A DNA stretch of 64,000 nucleotides from Lophium mytilinum (lineage: Eukaryota): NCBI GenBank assembly GCA_010093605.1, contig MU004186.1, forward strand, positions 1,964,616 through 2,028,615, given 5' to 3'. The notes below the pieces were generated by a model. The model was not told the origin of the DNA. It ran no database searches and was given only the letters and a program-made list of their open reading frames with translations. Shown in pieces: positions 49,389 to 63,520 of this stretch. The first letter of the stretch is position 1; every line of letters starts with the position of its first letter. A program made the translations under genes and the position numbers.

Positions 49389-50989
49389 GGCAAGGTTGCA
49401 TATTGGGATCCTACTAATTCTTGGGTCAACTCTCAAAAAGGGTCTGGCATCTGCGGCGGCATTAGCACACAGCCTTGTTTGGATCGGAGCGGGTTTTTGG
49501 ATAAGTGTGCGTGGCGGCAGGACTGTCGACGCACTTTCACAATGCGTCCCCTTTTCATTTGTCATTAGCAAGATTTCTTATACCCGTAGAGTTCACGTAT
49601 ACTTGTAATAGTGGCGAAAGGCCTGATACTCTATTAAATACGAGTCAGATATTGACATGAGACTTCCCGAAATTAATCGTAGGGACAGCGTCTGCTGGAG
49701 GTAGCCGTAGAGCGAACGTAATCTGGAAGACATGTGGCTGTGCGGTTTCTCTGGACATGACCAAAATAGAAACGATGCTAGGCACGGCATAGAATCGATA
49801 TATTCTAGCAGTTACCAAGCTTAATTCAATGCACATAAGTGGCGAGGGATGCATACTATAGGTGCCGCAAAGCTGTGCTAGATGGTCAACGGTGCCTCGG
49901 ATTTCTCGGAGTCAAATTTAGAAAAGGTCTATCAGCTTATGAAGCCGATCTTCTTATTCCGCAATTAGAGATATAAAAGTGCGAAGTGATACCTTTGTAT
50001 TTGCCCATGCAAGGGTGCCGTTCCGCATAATAAGTAAGACCGGCGTAAAATCATGCCTGATGGCATATCCTCCGCCTATTACGTTAACGCGGATTGGCAG
50101 GAAGACAAGTAGGTGCTAATCCCACGAGCTGACTTTACGGTTTGCGTGAACACAGGGCCCGAAAGCTGATCATGCTGTTTCGTAACAACGCACAAAGCGT
50201 GGCTCGTCACAAGGCCGACTTCTCCTCCCCCTGCCCCTCAAAATGGTTACGCCGCACGACGTATTTTACGTCCATCTCTATTCTGCTGTCACAGGTGCAA
50301 CCGACGGCGAGAGCTCCTTGGAGGTGGGCTAGATGCCAGGATGCACACCCGCTGCGGCAGCTTGGCAGCGGCTAGGTGTTTTCAGCCCCCAACTATCGAG
50401 GGTTCTAGCTGTGCCCCAGGACGCCGCCCGGGCTGGCTTTCACTAGATGCCGTGTGGAGTCGCATAGGGATCACTAGGTATTAGTCTGAGCGGCTGGCGT
50501 TCAGCTATGCGACTTTTCTTCTATCCTATCCACCTTCGCACCTTCCCTCTGCAAGCCATGTAGCATACTGCGTACATATTGAAACTCTCTATCTTGCTTT
50601 GACGATTCGACACTACTATCCTAGCTCTCCTTTCCGCTTTTCTTGCCTGCTACAACCCTGTTCAGCTCCCAGGATTCCGTGATTCGGCTCGCTGCACCAA
50701 CCTCGTTTTCAGCCTCACGACTCAAGGCTCGAGGAACGAAGGTTGTGGCTTCGCTCTGAAACGCTCTTCAGCAAATCGCATTCTCTGTTGGGCTTTTACT
50801 ATTGGTGAGTCCATCAAGCTTCCACTCAAGCTTCGCACACCATGATTGAGCATCAGGGTCTCCCAGCTAACTTCCCGCAGACAAGGCCTCAGGCAACGAA
50901 ATCATCCCCACCAAACCTCACCTGCAATTGGCTGTGGAGCTTTTGGAAAACGCCCCGTTGAAGGCGAATCTCAGGACAGCAGGCAGTAG

Positions 50990-53900
50990 ATGTCTGATTC
51001 GGATCCTCGCCGCCCTTTCTTCACCACCGACGCCTCTGACCTCTCCGATCTCTCCCACGCCATCAACCTTGTCGGCGATTCCTCACCTGTCTCCCCCATC
51101 GCAAACCCCAGACAGCGCCCCGGTTACACGCGCCTGCGAAGCAGCACTGGTGGCTTCGATGGTAGCCCTATCCTCCACGAAGAGGATGAGGACGAGGATA
51201 GCGGAAGGGAGCGTGGAGGCGCAGGGCTGGGAATAGAAACTCCGTTGTCGTCGTCGGCATCGAACACGGGAGTGCGCTCTCCAGCCTTGTCTGCGCGCCG
51301 GGTCTCCATCCAGGCCATACCGCGCGTGCCCGTTGGCAGTATAAGAAGGCCTAGCGTTGGCAACTCTGGCACAAAGAGTCCCGAGTTCCTCTCTCCGAAC
51401 CTTACCTCTCCGCCCATGAGCAGCGATCCCCTCACCGGTGGCTTTCCGAGATATGAGAGTGCGGGTAGTACACCGGACCTGCGGCGGGAGCGCGAAAGCC
51501 CTCAGGATGATAGTGGAGACTACCAGGAATACCGTCGGAGCGCAATGAGAGGAGGTAGAAAGAGCGAGGCTACTGTAAGATCAGAGTATGATGGTGCACC
51601 GTATGTGCATAACCATGATACGGAGAGGTTGAGGAGGAGTATTGCGCCGTCGATACGGTCCGCTTACGAAAGTAAGCACCTTATTCCTATATTTCCTTAG
51701 CTCGATTTGGGGCTCGTGAGATGGGGTCCTTCGAGACCCATGTCGAATGCCCTGAGACATTGGGGAATGGGAGCAAAATGAAATGTATAAGCGAGTGTAT
51801 AGACACATACTGACTATATCATAGACAACGACTTTCACCCGCAAGACAGCTGCCCTACGACCCGAGACTTCTACACGTCTCGCTTTACTTGGCTCTCTAT
51901 CACCATTCTCATCCTCTGTCTCTTTTCTACCGTCTGGTCAGGTGTCTTTCTAGGTATTGCTCTACGAGGTCCCCGTTACGGTCGCACTATCACCACTCAC
52001 AGCAAGCTGAATCCATACAATGCCATTGTATTGACTGCTATCATGGCTAAGCTTATCGAGCTAAGCTTCGTAACGTCCTTCGTCGCATTCCTTGGTCAAG
52101 TTCTAAGTCGACGAGCGTTCATGAAAGAGCAGGGCCGGGGTATTACGCTGGCGGAGATGAGCATGTGGCGGTGGGTTGTCCAACCGGGCACACTCATTAC
52201 CCATTGGCATGGTGTAAGATACGCCGGCTTGTCGTTCCTAGGACTTCTCAGCTTGTTGGCGGCGGTTTTAGCGACGCTTTATACGCCTGCAGCCAGTGCG
52301 CTTGGTACGCTTTCCTTCTCTTCAATTGATACTGAGTACTGATGTGTCGACAGTTCAGCCACAGCTGCACTTTGGCGACTGGCACAAGACTGTTCTCGCA
52401 GGTCAGGTCAAAGCTTCGTTTGGGAATCCCACATACGTGGCATCGATATGCGACACTCCGATATCACAGGGCATGGACCCCTTGTATGCTGGTTCGACAT
52501 GTTTGCAAATAGAGCACGCCAGTCAAGGATATCATAATTATCAACGCTACATGTCTTACTGGACAGCGATATCGAAAGCGGGTAATGGCTCAAGTGACCT
52601 CGGGCAGAGGCCTAATGGATTTGGCTTGTTGTTTGACAATACTTCGATTACGGCCTCGTGGGTCGAAAAAATAGCCGTGGAAGACGCATCAAATAAATTC
52701 GGGGGTCGCATCGTCAACAATGTTTCCCTTGCCATGCCGCACGCTGGAATATTCCAAGCCGCTAGGGACGAAAGGAATGGCATCATCCAGCCAGATGAGT
52801 TAGATGGACAAGGGATATACTCCATCCGCGCATCAATACCCAGCCCGGTCCTCAACGTTCTATGTGTGAACATGAACCAAACCGACCTGGAACCGATCGT
52901 GTACGAGGCATGGCCAAATGCTATACTGCCAGTCAATGGCTCCTGGGCCGCTATCGTCAATGATACTGACAAAGAAACGAAGAATTATACTGCCGTCGAT
53001 GAAATATTCGGGTGGAACTCTTCCGCGGTGAACGGCCAGCCGCCTGTCTTCGCAAAGTATCCCCGAGAGTACAACACTATTATGAATCATACGTCCTACC
53101 CATATGGTCGAGATACTGTATACTTACTAGGGGGTGGTGTTGGCGGAGATTATGTTCTTTGCCAGATGAAAGCCAGCATGACTCCTAGCTGCTCAACCCG
53201 GTATAATGCCACTGGGAGTGGAGGGACTATGGAAGCGCTTTGCGAAGAGAAGGACGATAAACTTGCCTACATTCGCAGCCTCCCAAATGCTACTTACGGC
53301 GATAAGCAGACCGATTGGGTAAATATTGCCGGAGAATGGGCAAACAGTGTTTCACTGAATGCGGGCATATCGGACGGCAACGCTAGCAACGCGCGGCTGC
53401 TAACACAGCTCATCCTAGCAGAGCCGGTACTGAACAAAGCGCTTCCGAGTCCGGCAGAGGCACTGGCTGTCATGGGGGGGTGTACGCTGTTAATGAGCTC
53501 GCAGGATACGCCGTTTGTGGAGTATTGGGTATGAGCCTCTTTCCCTTACCTCCTCCATCTCTCCCATATTGTAAGATCTTGCAATCCATACTAATCCCCA
53601 CTCGCAGAACTATAGCAGTCCCGGCAACATCCTCGGCACCCCCCAAACCCAATACTTCAACGCCTCCATCCGCGCGCAAGAATACGCATCCGGTCCCAAC
53701 TCCTCCGGCTCTCGTGGCTTCATCGTCATCCTCATCGCCGTCTTCCTCATCAACGTCTTCGTCCTCTTCTACTTCCTTTTCCACAAGGGTCTGGTAACCG
53801 ACTTCTCTGAACCGCCCAATCTCTTCGCACTCGCCGTCAATTCCCCGCCTAGTAAGGATCTCGCGGGTTCCTGTGGCGGTGGGCCAGAGGGAAAACAGTA

Positions 53901-54189
53901 CCAAGTCAATTGGTTCGTGAATACCGAGGGCGATCATCTCTACATGGAGCCAGGCGAGAAACCGATAGATCCGCAGGAAATGAGGAGAGGGGCTAGAAGC
54001 ACGGGGTTCAGTTTTGGGCTTGGGAAGAAGTTCGGGGACGGGACGAGTCCGTTGCTGGGCGGGTTTATGAAGAGGAAGAAGGTGGGAATGAGGCCGGCGA
54101 GTGCGATGGGGCCGGAGGTTGAATTGGAGCCAGCGAGTCCAGCGGCGGCGATGTATGCGAAGTTAGCGAAGCGGAGGAGTATGCTGTAA
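50990..54189 (+). CDS. Conserved fungal membrane protein of unknown function
   Basis: Disordered N-terminus, TM segments (AKLIELSFVTSFVAFLGQVLSRRA) and a large NxS/T-rich luminal region, then a C-terminal TM and DFSEPPNLFALAVNSPPS. Introns lie at about 51672-51823, 52306-52353 and 53530-53607, with a likely 5'UTR intron at 50804-50880. Confidence 0.8.
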
Positions 54190-54488
54190 TGAGGATGAGG
54201 ATGAGGATGAGGATGGGAAGGGAGATGGGGTCACGATGAGGTTTTGTACGATTTCTAGGCATAGCAATGGGGGAATATGCGGTAATGTTTTATGATATGA
54301 GGAACGAATCCCCTTGTCGATACTGATCTGTCTTGCTGGCGTCAGCATCTTAAAGTCGTGAATGACTCGTGATTTATAAGGTTGCTAATGATGATTTTAA
54401 TATACAGCTCTGGAGACAGAATCAAGCAAGTGAAAAGGCTTTGTAGCATGAAGTGATAGCTATGTCAGAATTCTCAACATTGTACTGC

Positions 54489-54704
54489 CAGTGACAGGCC
54501 ACAAGTCTAGGCACACTAGTATGCCACTGCTTGGGGTACCCCATAGGATTTTAAATACTTAAGGGCGATGTTAAACTTTAAGCAGTGCAGATTAGGCTAC
54601 CTCTTAACTACTTGCCTGCTTAGCAGTCAGGCTACCCCCAACAGTGGTGTTGAGTGGGCAAATTGGAGCCGAGTCCGTGTGCCTAGACTTGTGGCCTAGG
54701 ACTG
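54489..54704 (+). mobile_element. MITE family A, copy 1 (Tc1/mariner-like CAGT...ACTG ends)
   Basis: TIR CAGTGACAGGCCACAAGTCTAGGCAC ... GTGCCTAGACTTGTGGCCTAGGACTG; aligns full length with the reverse complement of 57487-57712. Confidence 0.85.
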
Positions 54705-54771
54705 GATTTGAAGCTGGTTGTGATCCAGTCTGTATGTTTGATAAATGTTGGTTCGCCATGGGATGGTGCAC

Positions 54772-55134
54772 CACGCTCGGCATGAAAAAAGTGGCACACT
54801 ACAGCAGTTCAACACTGTCTGAGGTGGCACAAAGAGCTATTAGACTTGCTAGAGCTGTTATTTTATGATTAGCAATAGCATACTAGAGGGCCTCAAGCAG
54901 TGCTAAACAAGCGTATATAGAAAATGGAGAGAGAGCGTATATACCTTATAGATTTATACCGCTGCCTTTTTAGATGCACCTGTTTACCACTGTTTGAAAT
55001 GCCTCAATAAGTTTCCACAGACCCTAAAAGGAAGATTTTTTATCCCGTTTGAACTTCCGAAAATACGTTGAAGAACTCCAAGCAGTGACACATACCTGTA
55101 GAATAGAGTGCCACCTTTTTCATGCCCCGCATGC
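54772..55134 (+). mobile_element. MITE-like element, family B, copy 2
   Basis: TIR CACGCTCGGCATGAAAAAAGTGGCACACTA ... TAGAGTGCCACCTTTTTCATGCCCCGCATG; homologous to 40754-41149. Confidence 0.75.
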
Positions 55135-55418
55135 CATGTGACCGCGCACGACCGCGTATCACGCGAATCCCTGTCACCTGCCCCACTTGCTTCCTCTGGT
55201 CACCTTGCTTCAACGTCAACCATCAAACCATCTCTTCTTCCATCTCGCACACGCAATTTCATCGACCGGTACTCCAAGCTTCTGGTGTCTTTAAAGGATA
55301 CCTCATCTGCGTCGCTGGCAGTAAGAAACCCTCTCTCCCGTCGCTTTGGCCTTACTGATCGATCTGCTTGTCCAGCGAACAGGTGGTTTTGATTTCAACT
55401 CGAGCTGCTGGAGCCATC

Positions 55419-56751
55419 ATGTGTCATAACTGTAACCTACCCAATCCAAAGGCCCAGGTCATCAGTGGTGTATCGTGGGCAGTCCCAGTGGATATTGTGC
55501 GACTCGCTCCCCACCTTGAAGCCTACGAGGAAGCAAAGCCCGCTATCACCGCTCTTCGTCTGTGCCACCGCTTTGGCGCCGGTCCGGATGCTCATATCAC
55601 TAAGCTCCCATTGGAGTTGATCGAAATCATCGCGGAGTTAATGCAGCAGGAATCACGCCTATGGAAGTACCTGGAGTGGAAAGAGGACTATGACTGCTTT
55701 CAAGAATCTTGCGAGTTGGAAGACCATTTCGACGAGGAAGATACCGCTGAGTTTTATCGACTGGCCAGGGAGCAGATGGGAATTCACCCGAAGGACTGTT
55801 CAGAACCAGGTTGTGAGGCTTGCATCGAGAGACTGATTTGGCAAGAAGAACGACGGGGTCATCATGCCAAGTATTGTGAGATGGAGGATTGTGACGACTG
55901 TCTTGATGGCAACGAGTACTCAGATGCCGGTTCTGATGAGTCCGACGATGGTGATGAAAACCTCGTGGATCTGGTCGTGGAGCTGATGTCGGAAGGCGGA
56001 GCGAAGTATGATATTCATAGCCAGAGAGGGATGAACTGGGAGGAACGCGTTTTTCAGTTCAAGTGTTGCAAGGATAAGAGGACTCCCAAGATCGACAAGC
56101 TCCTGAAGGTCAGCCTTTTGGGAATCTTTTTCCGCGCTACTGCTGCCGATTGCTAATATCTTATTAGATCCTAGAGTTGGACTTCGGACTATCAGCCGTG
56201 ATCTCTCACCAGCGGATCAAACTCAAAGACGCCAAGTTTGTACCGTATGATTATTCACTTGCTTCCTATGACGAAGCTGCGAAAACTACCCTATGCTACC
56301 TCACTCTTCCACATAAAGTTCGCACAGACTTCGTTGGAAATGAGGATCTTTGGTCTTGTGAAGGCGAAGTCCTTGAAGGATATAACTTCATGAGCACCAT
56401 CATCGATCGCTCCACCCTCGATATCACCGAGAAACAACGTCTACGATTCGGTCGAACCATGAAAAGACTTGGCCTCAAGCCGTATTTTCATTTCAGCCAA
56501 GTTGGCGACAACCTCCCGACCAGTTTGTCGACCGATGACCAGAAAACGGTTCTTCCCGCGAACACCACCGACGTTGACCGCCTCCAAGTCCATAAACGCA
56601 CAATAGATGACATGAACGAACGCGTCAAGAGTAATCTGCCCCCGTTTCCCGTTTCCACAATCACCAGCTTATATTTCATGTAGGACTCGAACGGTCTGAA
56701 TGGCCGAAACTCATGTCGCTCGTTGCGTCTTCTATGTTCATGTGTAAGTGA
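55419..56751 (+). CDS. Hypothetical protein with an F-box-like motif and a Cys/acidic region (3 exons)
   Basis: MCHNCNLP...HITKLPLELIEIIAE; introns at about 56109-56167 and 56631-56683; ends RLERSEWPKLMSLVASSMFMCK*. Confidence 0.7.
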
Positions 56752-57486
56752 CGTCTCCATTGCGTCAGCTATAAGACTCTCACTTTTGCCTTCAGCTCTA
56801 CGATTTTGGCACTAGTGCCCCTATTCGCTTAGCTGACAGTCACAAGCCCTCTAGCAGTCAGTAACTGGTACACGATATCCACGGTATCACGTTTCTCCCA
56901 GTAAGCGTTTGTTTTCTCATCTCCTTGGAGGCACGTCCGGTGGCCTTTACTGGGGAAATTGGTAGTAGCCGCCGTACCCAAACACCAATAGATTCACGGT
57001 CTTTCATCATGGACGGCAATCTTTACGGGGCAGCTTCACCACTTGCAGGTTTATTTCGGAGTTCAATACCTAGTGACGAGCAGATTTCTCTTTTTTAGCA
57101 GAGAAACATGTTTTATGATCGATGTCATTTCCTTTTTCATTACCAAAAGTGTAGGCGCGGGAGTCTTGAAGGGCGGTGGGCAACCCTGGTATACCCCTTG
57201 CTGGTTTTCTCCCTTCTTTTCTGTTTCATATATACCGGACCTTATGTTTCTCCTTTTCATTCGAGAGGGTGTTATGGTACAAACCTATGGCGTTGTGGAC
57301 TTGCCTATATGATTCGATCCGCGGCGGCGGATGCTGGTAGGCAGCGCTATGATAGGGGAATCGGGCTCATGAATGTATGAAGTAGGCAACAACTATTATC
57401 GGGTATGATAATCAAATATATCTTTCGGATGCTCTCACTTCCACTTCCTTACCATACAGCTGGTTTTCACATATTCGACATGTCTA

Positions 57487-57712
57487 CAGTACTAGGCCAT
57501 AAGTCTGGGCATACGGACTGACTCCCGTTCATCTCCAATTTGTTCACTCGACACCACTGTTAGGGGTAGCCTGACTGTTTAGCAGGCAATTAGTCAAGAG
57601 GCAGTCTAATCTGCACTGTTTGAAGCTTGACATCGCCCTTAAGTCTTTGAAACCATGCGGGGGACCCCAAGCAGTGGCGTACCAGAGTGCCCAGACTTGT
57701 GGCTTGTTACTG
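57487..57712 (-). mobile_element. MITE family A, copy 2, flanked by a TA target-site duplication
   Basis: TA-CAGTACTAGGCCATAAGTCTGGGCAT ... GTGCCCAGACTTGTGGCTTGTTACTG-TA. Confidence 0.88.
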
Positions 57713-57927
57713 TATGGGCAACATACCAGGCACAGCTATGCCATAGGATAGGAAGAAGGGCTGGCAATTTTTCTTTTCTCCTTCAACATAAATCTGATAT
57801 CGTCATATCTCAAGTCATCATCGACGCCCCTTCCGGGCCATCGCCAAAAATCTCACTCAACTCCATGCAACTCCATGCCTCCCGCCAAGACCTGATCATC
57901 TCCTACCAGCCCAGCACTCCTTCCGCC

Positions 57928-59605
57928 CTACGCCTTCAACTCCATCGTTTCCTTCTTTTCATACTCCTTCACGCTCAACGGGCCCCGCTTCACCATCAGC
58001 GTCATGACCTCGTAAAGCACATCCGCAGCCGCCATGGTAGTCAGCTCGGCGTTAGTATCATACGCCGGCGCCACCTCGACAATATCAGCCGCAATGAGGT
58101 TCACGCCCTCGAGTCCGCGAACGATAGTGCGGAGTTCGCGCGTCGACCAGCCACCGGTCTCGGGGGTACCTGTTGCGGGTGCGACTGTACACTCCCATTA
58201 GCTCCGTTTCTCCAAATAACATCCGGGATATGCAAACTATAACTTACACGCCGGATCCAACGTATCAATATCGATGCTCAGATACACGGGCTTCGTAGTG
58301 CCCACGCGCTCGCGGATCTTCTTGATGATGCCCTCGGTGCCGATGGTGTCGATCTCGCGCGCCTCGACGATCTCGAAGCCGCAGTAGCCGTCGTTCTCGT
58401 AGTCGGAGGGCCCGGAGAGGGTCGTACGGATGCCGGCGTGGATGTTGGAGTCGTTGGCGAGCAGCCCTTCTTGCGAGGCGTGGAAGAAGTAGGTGCCGTG
58501 GTTGATGGAGGCTTGGTGGGAGGGCGCGCCACCGAAAACTTTGGGTTTCCAGGTGTCGCTGGTGGGGGTGTTAGGGTTTTGCTTACTGGTTGGAAGGAAA
58601 AGGGCGGAGAAAGGACGGGGAAATGGGGGAATGGGGTTAGGCGTACAGATGGCTGTCGAAGTGGATCACGCTCACGGGACCGTATTCACGGTTGATACTC
58701 CGCAGCAGGGGCAGCGTGATGGTGTGGTCGCCGCCGAGAGTGATGACACGGGGAAGGGTTTTGCCTTTCTTTGAGGGGCCGGGGGCTGCGGCGTTGGTGA
58801 AGGGAGCTCGGGAGAGGATGGCGTTGTGGCCTTCTTCGATTTGTTGGAGGGCGAAGGCGTTGTCGTAGCTAAGGATTATCAGTTTTCAGTTGGATATGAC
58901 GATGGATCTTTGGGTGTCGGTAATGGAAGCATGAGTGTTCCAGCCTGCAAGCTCCGGGAGCGGATTTCAGGAAGAAGAAGGATATGATTCAAGGAGACCA
59001 AGAGAAGTACTCACGATGTCACTGGAATATCACCGCAATCGATGACCTTTGCCCAGCTATTGAACGGGTTTGCGTCCAGGGGGACATTGTACCCACCACT
59101 GAAGCCAAGTTTGCGTGAGCCTTCCGCCACCCATGAGAGGTTAGTTTGCGGAAAGGAAAACATACTACAGATTTAGACGGCGAGAACCTTGTCTGATGCC
59201 ACTGGGGCCAAAGCGAGCGCCCGGGCGGTAGGAGGTGCCTGTATCGAAGGGCGCGCCTGTGGTACGGTCAGATTGAAGCTTGCAAATCGAGGATGTCTCG
59301 GAGTGTGGATCATACCGATGAAAGCAATGTCGTATTGATACTTGTCGCTGGCGAGGCAGGGGTGGTATTGAAGACGGCCAAAGGTTGAGATGCCGGAGAA
59401 GACAGAGTCGGCCTGGCTGAGTGTCAATTGAGGTGCTATCGGGAGTTTTTCTGTATCATGAAGCACACACCTGGGTTCCACCATCTCCAGGAAGACTGTT
59501 GTACCACAGGCCGTTGAGAGGACCTTCAATTGGCGTCTGGTCATGCTCGTGGTCGCCGTGAGCAGCTACGACGGCCGCGAATGCGGTGAGGGCTAGGAGC
59601 TTCAT
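57928..59605 (-). CDS. Agmatinase (ureohydrolase family), multi-exon
   Basis: Signal-like [81 protein letters not shown] and [10 protein letters not shown] motifs. Confidence 0.92.
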
Positions 59606-60596
59606 TTCTGCAGTATAGGATCGGGTTTCGAGTCAATGTAATGGAGAGAAGGAAAGAGAAGTGAGAAGAAGAAGAAAAGCTCAAGAGACGGGTGATAGAG
59701 ACACAGAGGCATGTTTAATACAAACGTAAGAGAGATTCTCGAGGGTGACCGGTTGCTGTTAGGTAAACTGCAGCAGAGCTACCCCGGCTCGAGCTCCCAG
59801 ATGCACGATGACACTCGCCACTACCATTGGTGGCATGTCCCTCGGTATGGTGGCACCATTCTACTGGAGCATGTGGGTTGTAAATGGTGCATGCGGAGTG
59901 AGGTGGGCTCTCCCGCCGACGGACTCTGTCAACGGGGCCTGGGGCATCCCCTTTAGCGACATCACCCAATTGCAGCCCTGTCTGGCCTTACGCAACGACG
60001 TTGCTCACCACCAGAACGCCAACTCTTATCACGGTATCGCCATCAGCAAGCCTGCTATGCCGCTGTTACCACAGCAAGAACTGTTCTAAGCCAGTGCCGA
60101 GGGATTTACCGACGAACGAGCTTCATTACAGCTCTTACGTTTCACTGCTGTTCATACTGTTGCTGATACACTCGTCTTAGTGCATCAGTTCATGAATCAA
60201 GACGGCACCGTGCAGCTCCGAAGTGACGCAGCTGATGAGAAAGAAGCAGGGAGAGCGAGGTCTGCCATCGACAGGGCTTTCACGATCGAGTCCGTCACTG
60301 TTCCTATCCCCCACCTATCTGGGCACGGTGATAAGACGGCTCCGAGGCTGCACCTGGATACAAGCATTAGGATCGTGCTGTCATTAAATGCTCGTTTGGT
60401 GCGGAGGTGCAGATCCAGGGTCTGGACGTGCCGCGCGGGTCAGGCTTCTTAGCAGATCGGTGAGAATCAGGGCGTGAGTCTCATGTTGATATATTTTATG
60501 AGCAAATCCAAGTCACATTTCTGTGTAACTAAGACACAATGCATAGAATGTCAAGCCGCTTTTATAGCTCTATATCGTGAATCATGCACTAAGAGT

Positions 60597-62214
60597 TCAA
60601 TGCACGCCGTTCCCCTCTACGGGCTCCGCTGCTCCAATCTCAGCCCGCTCATCGCTGTCCATCCTGTCAAAGGCCTTTTTCACTTGATACTCCCAGTTGC
60701 TCCAGGCTACGATTGCCCATTCCATGAATCCCACGATGTACAGCGCGATGCACTGCCCGACCCATAAACCGGCCAATCCCCAACCGTGGAACGCGAGATA
60801 GATACCTAGAGGCAGTGCGCCGCAGTAGTAGCTGACGATGTTGACAGCGGCGCCAATATGCTGTCTGCCCATACCTCGTAATGCTCCACCACAGCTTCCA
60901 TTCAGGCCGTCTGCAATCTGGAACAGAGCCACGTACGGCATAACCTCAGCCGTGAGACGAATGACACGAACGTCATCGTTGAAGATCCTGGCATAAAAGT
61001 CCTTCACGCCCATCAAAACGGCCAACACAACCGCACCAAGGATCATGCTGAGCCACGCGGCGGTGTTTGCTGACCGGGCCGCCCCCTTCGCGTTGCGAGC
61101 TCCGAGCAGATTCCCCACGCGAGCACTGGTTGCAACACCAACGCCGAACGGAATTGTGTTCATCACTTGGTCGGTCGTCATAATGACACTCTGAGCGGCC
61201 AGAGGGATGGTCCCAAGTTTGCCGGCGGCCAGGGCGACGATCTCAAATGCCCACCACTCAGTGCCGACGTGAATTACGCCCAGGATGGCCAGACGGGAAA
61301 ACGTCCCCATGTTCTGGACGCACTTGCGGCTCCAGCCACCCCAGCATTTCCAGCCGTCGACGAAGCGTGCGTAGGCGAGGAGCAGGAGGAAAGACACCCA
61401 GTAAGAAATGCCAGTCGCAAGAGGGGCGCCGAGGAGGCCCATCTTGAAGGTGTAAACAAAGAGATAGTTGAGGCCAGCACTTAGAGGCGATGTTATGAGT
61501 AGCACATATGTTCCTGGCCTCATGATTTCTGCACATCTCTGTTAGCCTAGTGAGAAGGTTGAGATCTTCCTACATACCTTGAGCTTGAAGGTACTTCTTT
61601 GTAGCTTCAAAGTAAATGTACCCAATACCACCCGGCACAAGAACACTCAAAAACTTTGCAGAATCTCGGGCTATGTAGTCCTCCTGGCCAAGCGCTTTGA
61701 ACACTGGCTCTGAGCATATCCAAAGAATGGCAATTGGCACATAAAAGAGTGTTAGAATGATGAAGGATCGTTGCAGAATGATGCCCAGATCATGGGGGTT
61801 TTTGCTCCCGGTGAAGCTTGCGGAAGCTAATGTATCTATCGCAGTTGTTCCGCCGAGAGCGATCAACCACGCGGTCGCCATCGCGAACATGTAAGAGAAT
61901 GCTGCTGTCGCCAATGCCTCTGGAGACAATCGTCCGACTATCAACACTGAGATGGTTTGGAGCGAATTTTGAAGAGTGTAGGCTAAGATCACAGGGACTG
62001 ATCCCTTTAGGAGTATCCAAAACTCGGCCAAGATCAATTGAGCTTTGGTCTTGTCTTCGTCCTCCAGCTCATACGTCTCGCCATCCTCAGCTTCATCGTC
62101 GGGCTTGGGTAGCAAAGCTGAGTGCTCGTCCGGCTCATCCGAGGATTTGTTAGATTTCCTGAGGAAATTGGGTAGCCATGATTTGGCGCTCGATAAATTA
62201 TCTTGACTGTCCAT
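60597..62214 (-). CDS. MATE family efflux transporter
   Basis: AIDTLASASFTGSK, KKYLQAQ, EWWAFEI, RVGNLLGA and GALRGMGRQ motifs; one intron at about 61530-61577. Confidence 0.93.
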
Positions 62215-63520
62215 CTTGGATCGGGTTGAAGGTGCTGTGAGTATTCAAGAAGGGCATGCAGAGACTAGGAGCTTATGGAAGAATGTTTGGCTGAGGAGAA
62301 ACTGATGAGGTGATGAGACAACGAGGAAAAAGTGAAGGAACACAGAGGGTCGAACAAGGCATCTACGCCTGTATCACCCAGGCATCTATGTATAATCGAT
62401 GGACAAATGAAGAGAATAGATAAAGAATCAAGGGACGCCGGGGAACACCACATACCAGCCACTCGGAAGCGCACCATGCTCCCATCGGTGACACAGTGGG
62501 GATGAGTTGATGGCGTTATGAGATATGCAGGGCGCTCCGATTCAACTGACAACTCACGATCCAGAGAGGTCACTGAGTGGTTAATTGCACGTCGATGTCT
62601 TATCTGCGTGCATTCTGGCTGCGTTCTGACGACGTGACTAAAGAGCTGAGCTAACTCTTACGTTTCTAGGCAGCTCTGTTCGAGGCCTCAGCAAACGCAA
62701 GCTTGACGTGACGAGGCCGACTTCACAGCGTGCTGATTGGAGGCGCATGGCCTTGCGATAGATGAGAAGTCTACGAGCCAGCAATAGCCGGGGCGCGACG
62801 CGAGAAGAGGAAGCTCGCGAGACGATACGGGGTGACAGTTGGCCCACGGTTGATGGCGTAGGACGCAGGACAGCTGGGGCACCCAATTCACAGAAATTTG
62901 CCGAACCTTGGCAGCTCCCTGTAAGACTTCACGACCCCAGATGATAACCGCAGCTTGACACTTTGCTTTTGTCACCACCTGCCAAGATACAAGGCGCAAG
63001 GCGTCGCAGTCCGGCCTCCAACCGTAAGGCATACACCAGTTTGGGCACGCCGTCTGTTTTCATTTCGTCTCAATCTATGACGAGGTGCTGAAGCACCACA
63101 AAAGCAGCAAGTACGCTGACTATCAGCTTGGGATGTTTCTCTCATTCAAGCTCTCATAAAACTATATATCTTGCCAAAGCTATCAAGAATATGCCGAGGC
63201 ACCCTCAACGATGATGAGCACATGTGCCCAGACTTTAGACAATGCACTATACAGCTTTGACTGCATAGTGGTCCAGCCGCAGTGCCAGCATCTCGGCTCG
63301 GCTCATCGACGGGGGTAACGTTCCCTGCACGCAAATCTTCGATTAATGTTGCTGTCACAAATCAAGTCCCTATCGCAGCCTTGCTTTTCGCCTGCTATCA
63401 GCAAGCTGGTGTATCTCACTGCGATCTGTGTAGGCAGTCGACAAGGGGTGCTAGGCGTAATTGGAGTGGCGTCTCAGTCACAGCCCTTTAGACTTATACT
63501 CCTGTTTCCCCTTCGTTGCG

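Noticed and set aside
48695..49571. Several minus-strand ORFs of 158-244 aa
   Set aside because: They are antisense to the GC-rich repetitive 3' end of the GAR-domain gene.
54189..54215. (GAGGAT)4 microsatellite after a stop codon
   Set aside because: It is an ordinary short tandem repeat with no evidence of function.
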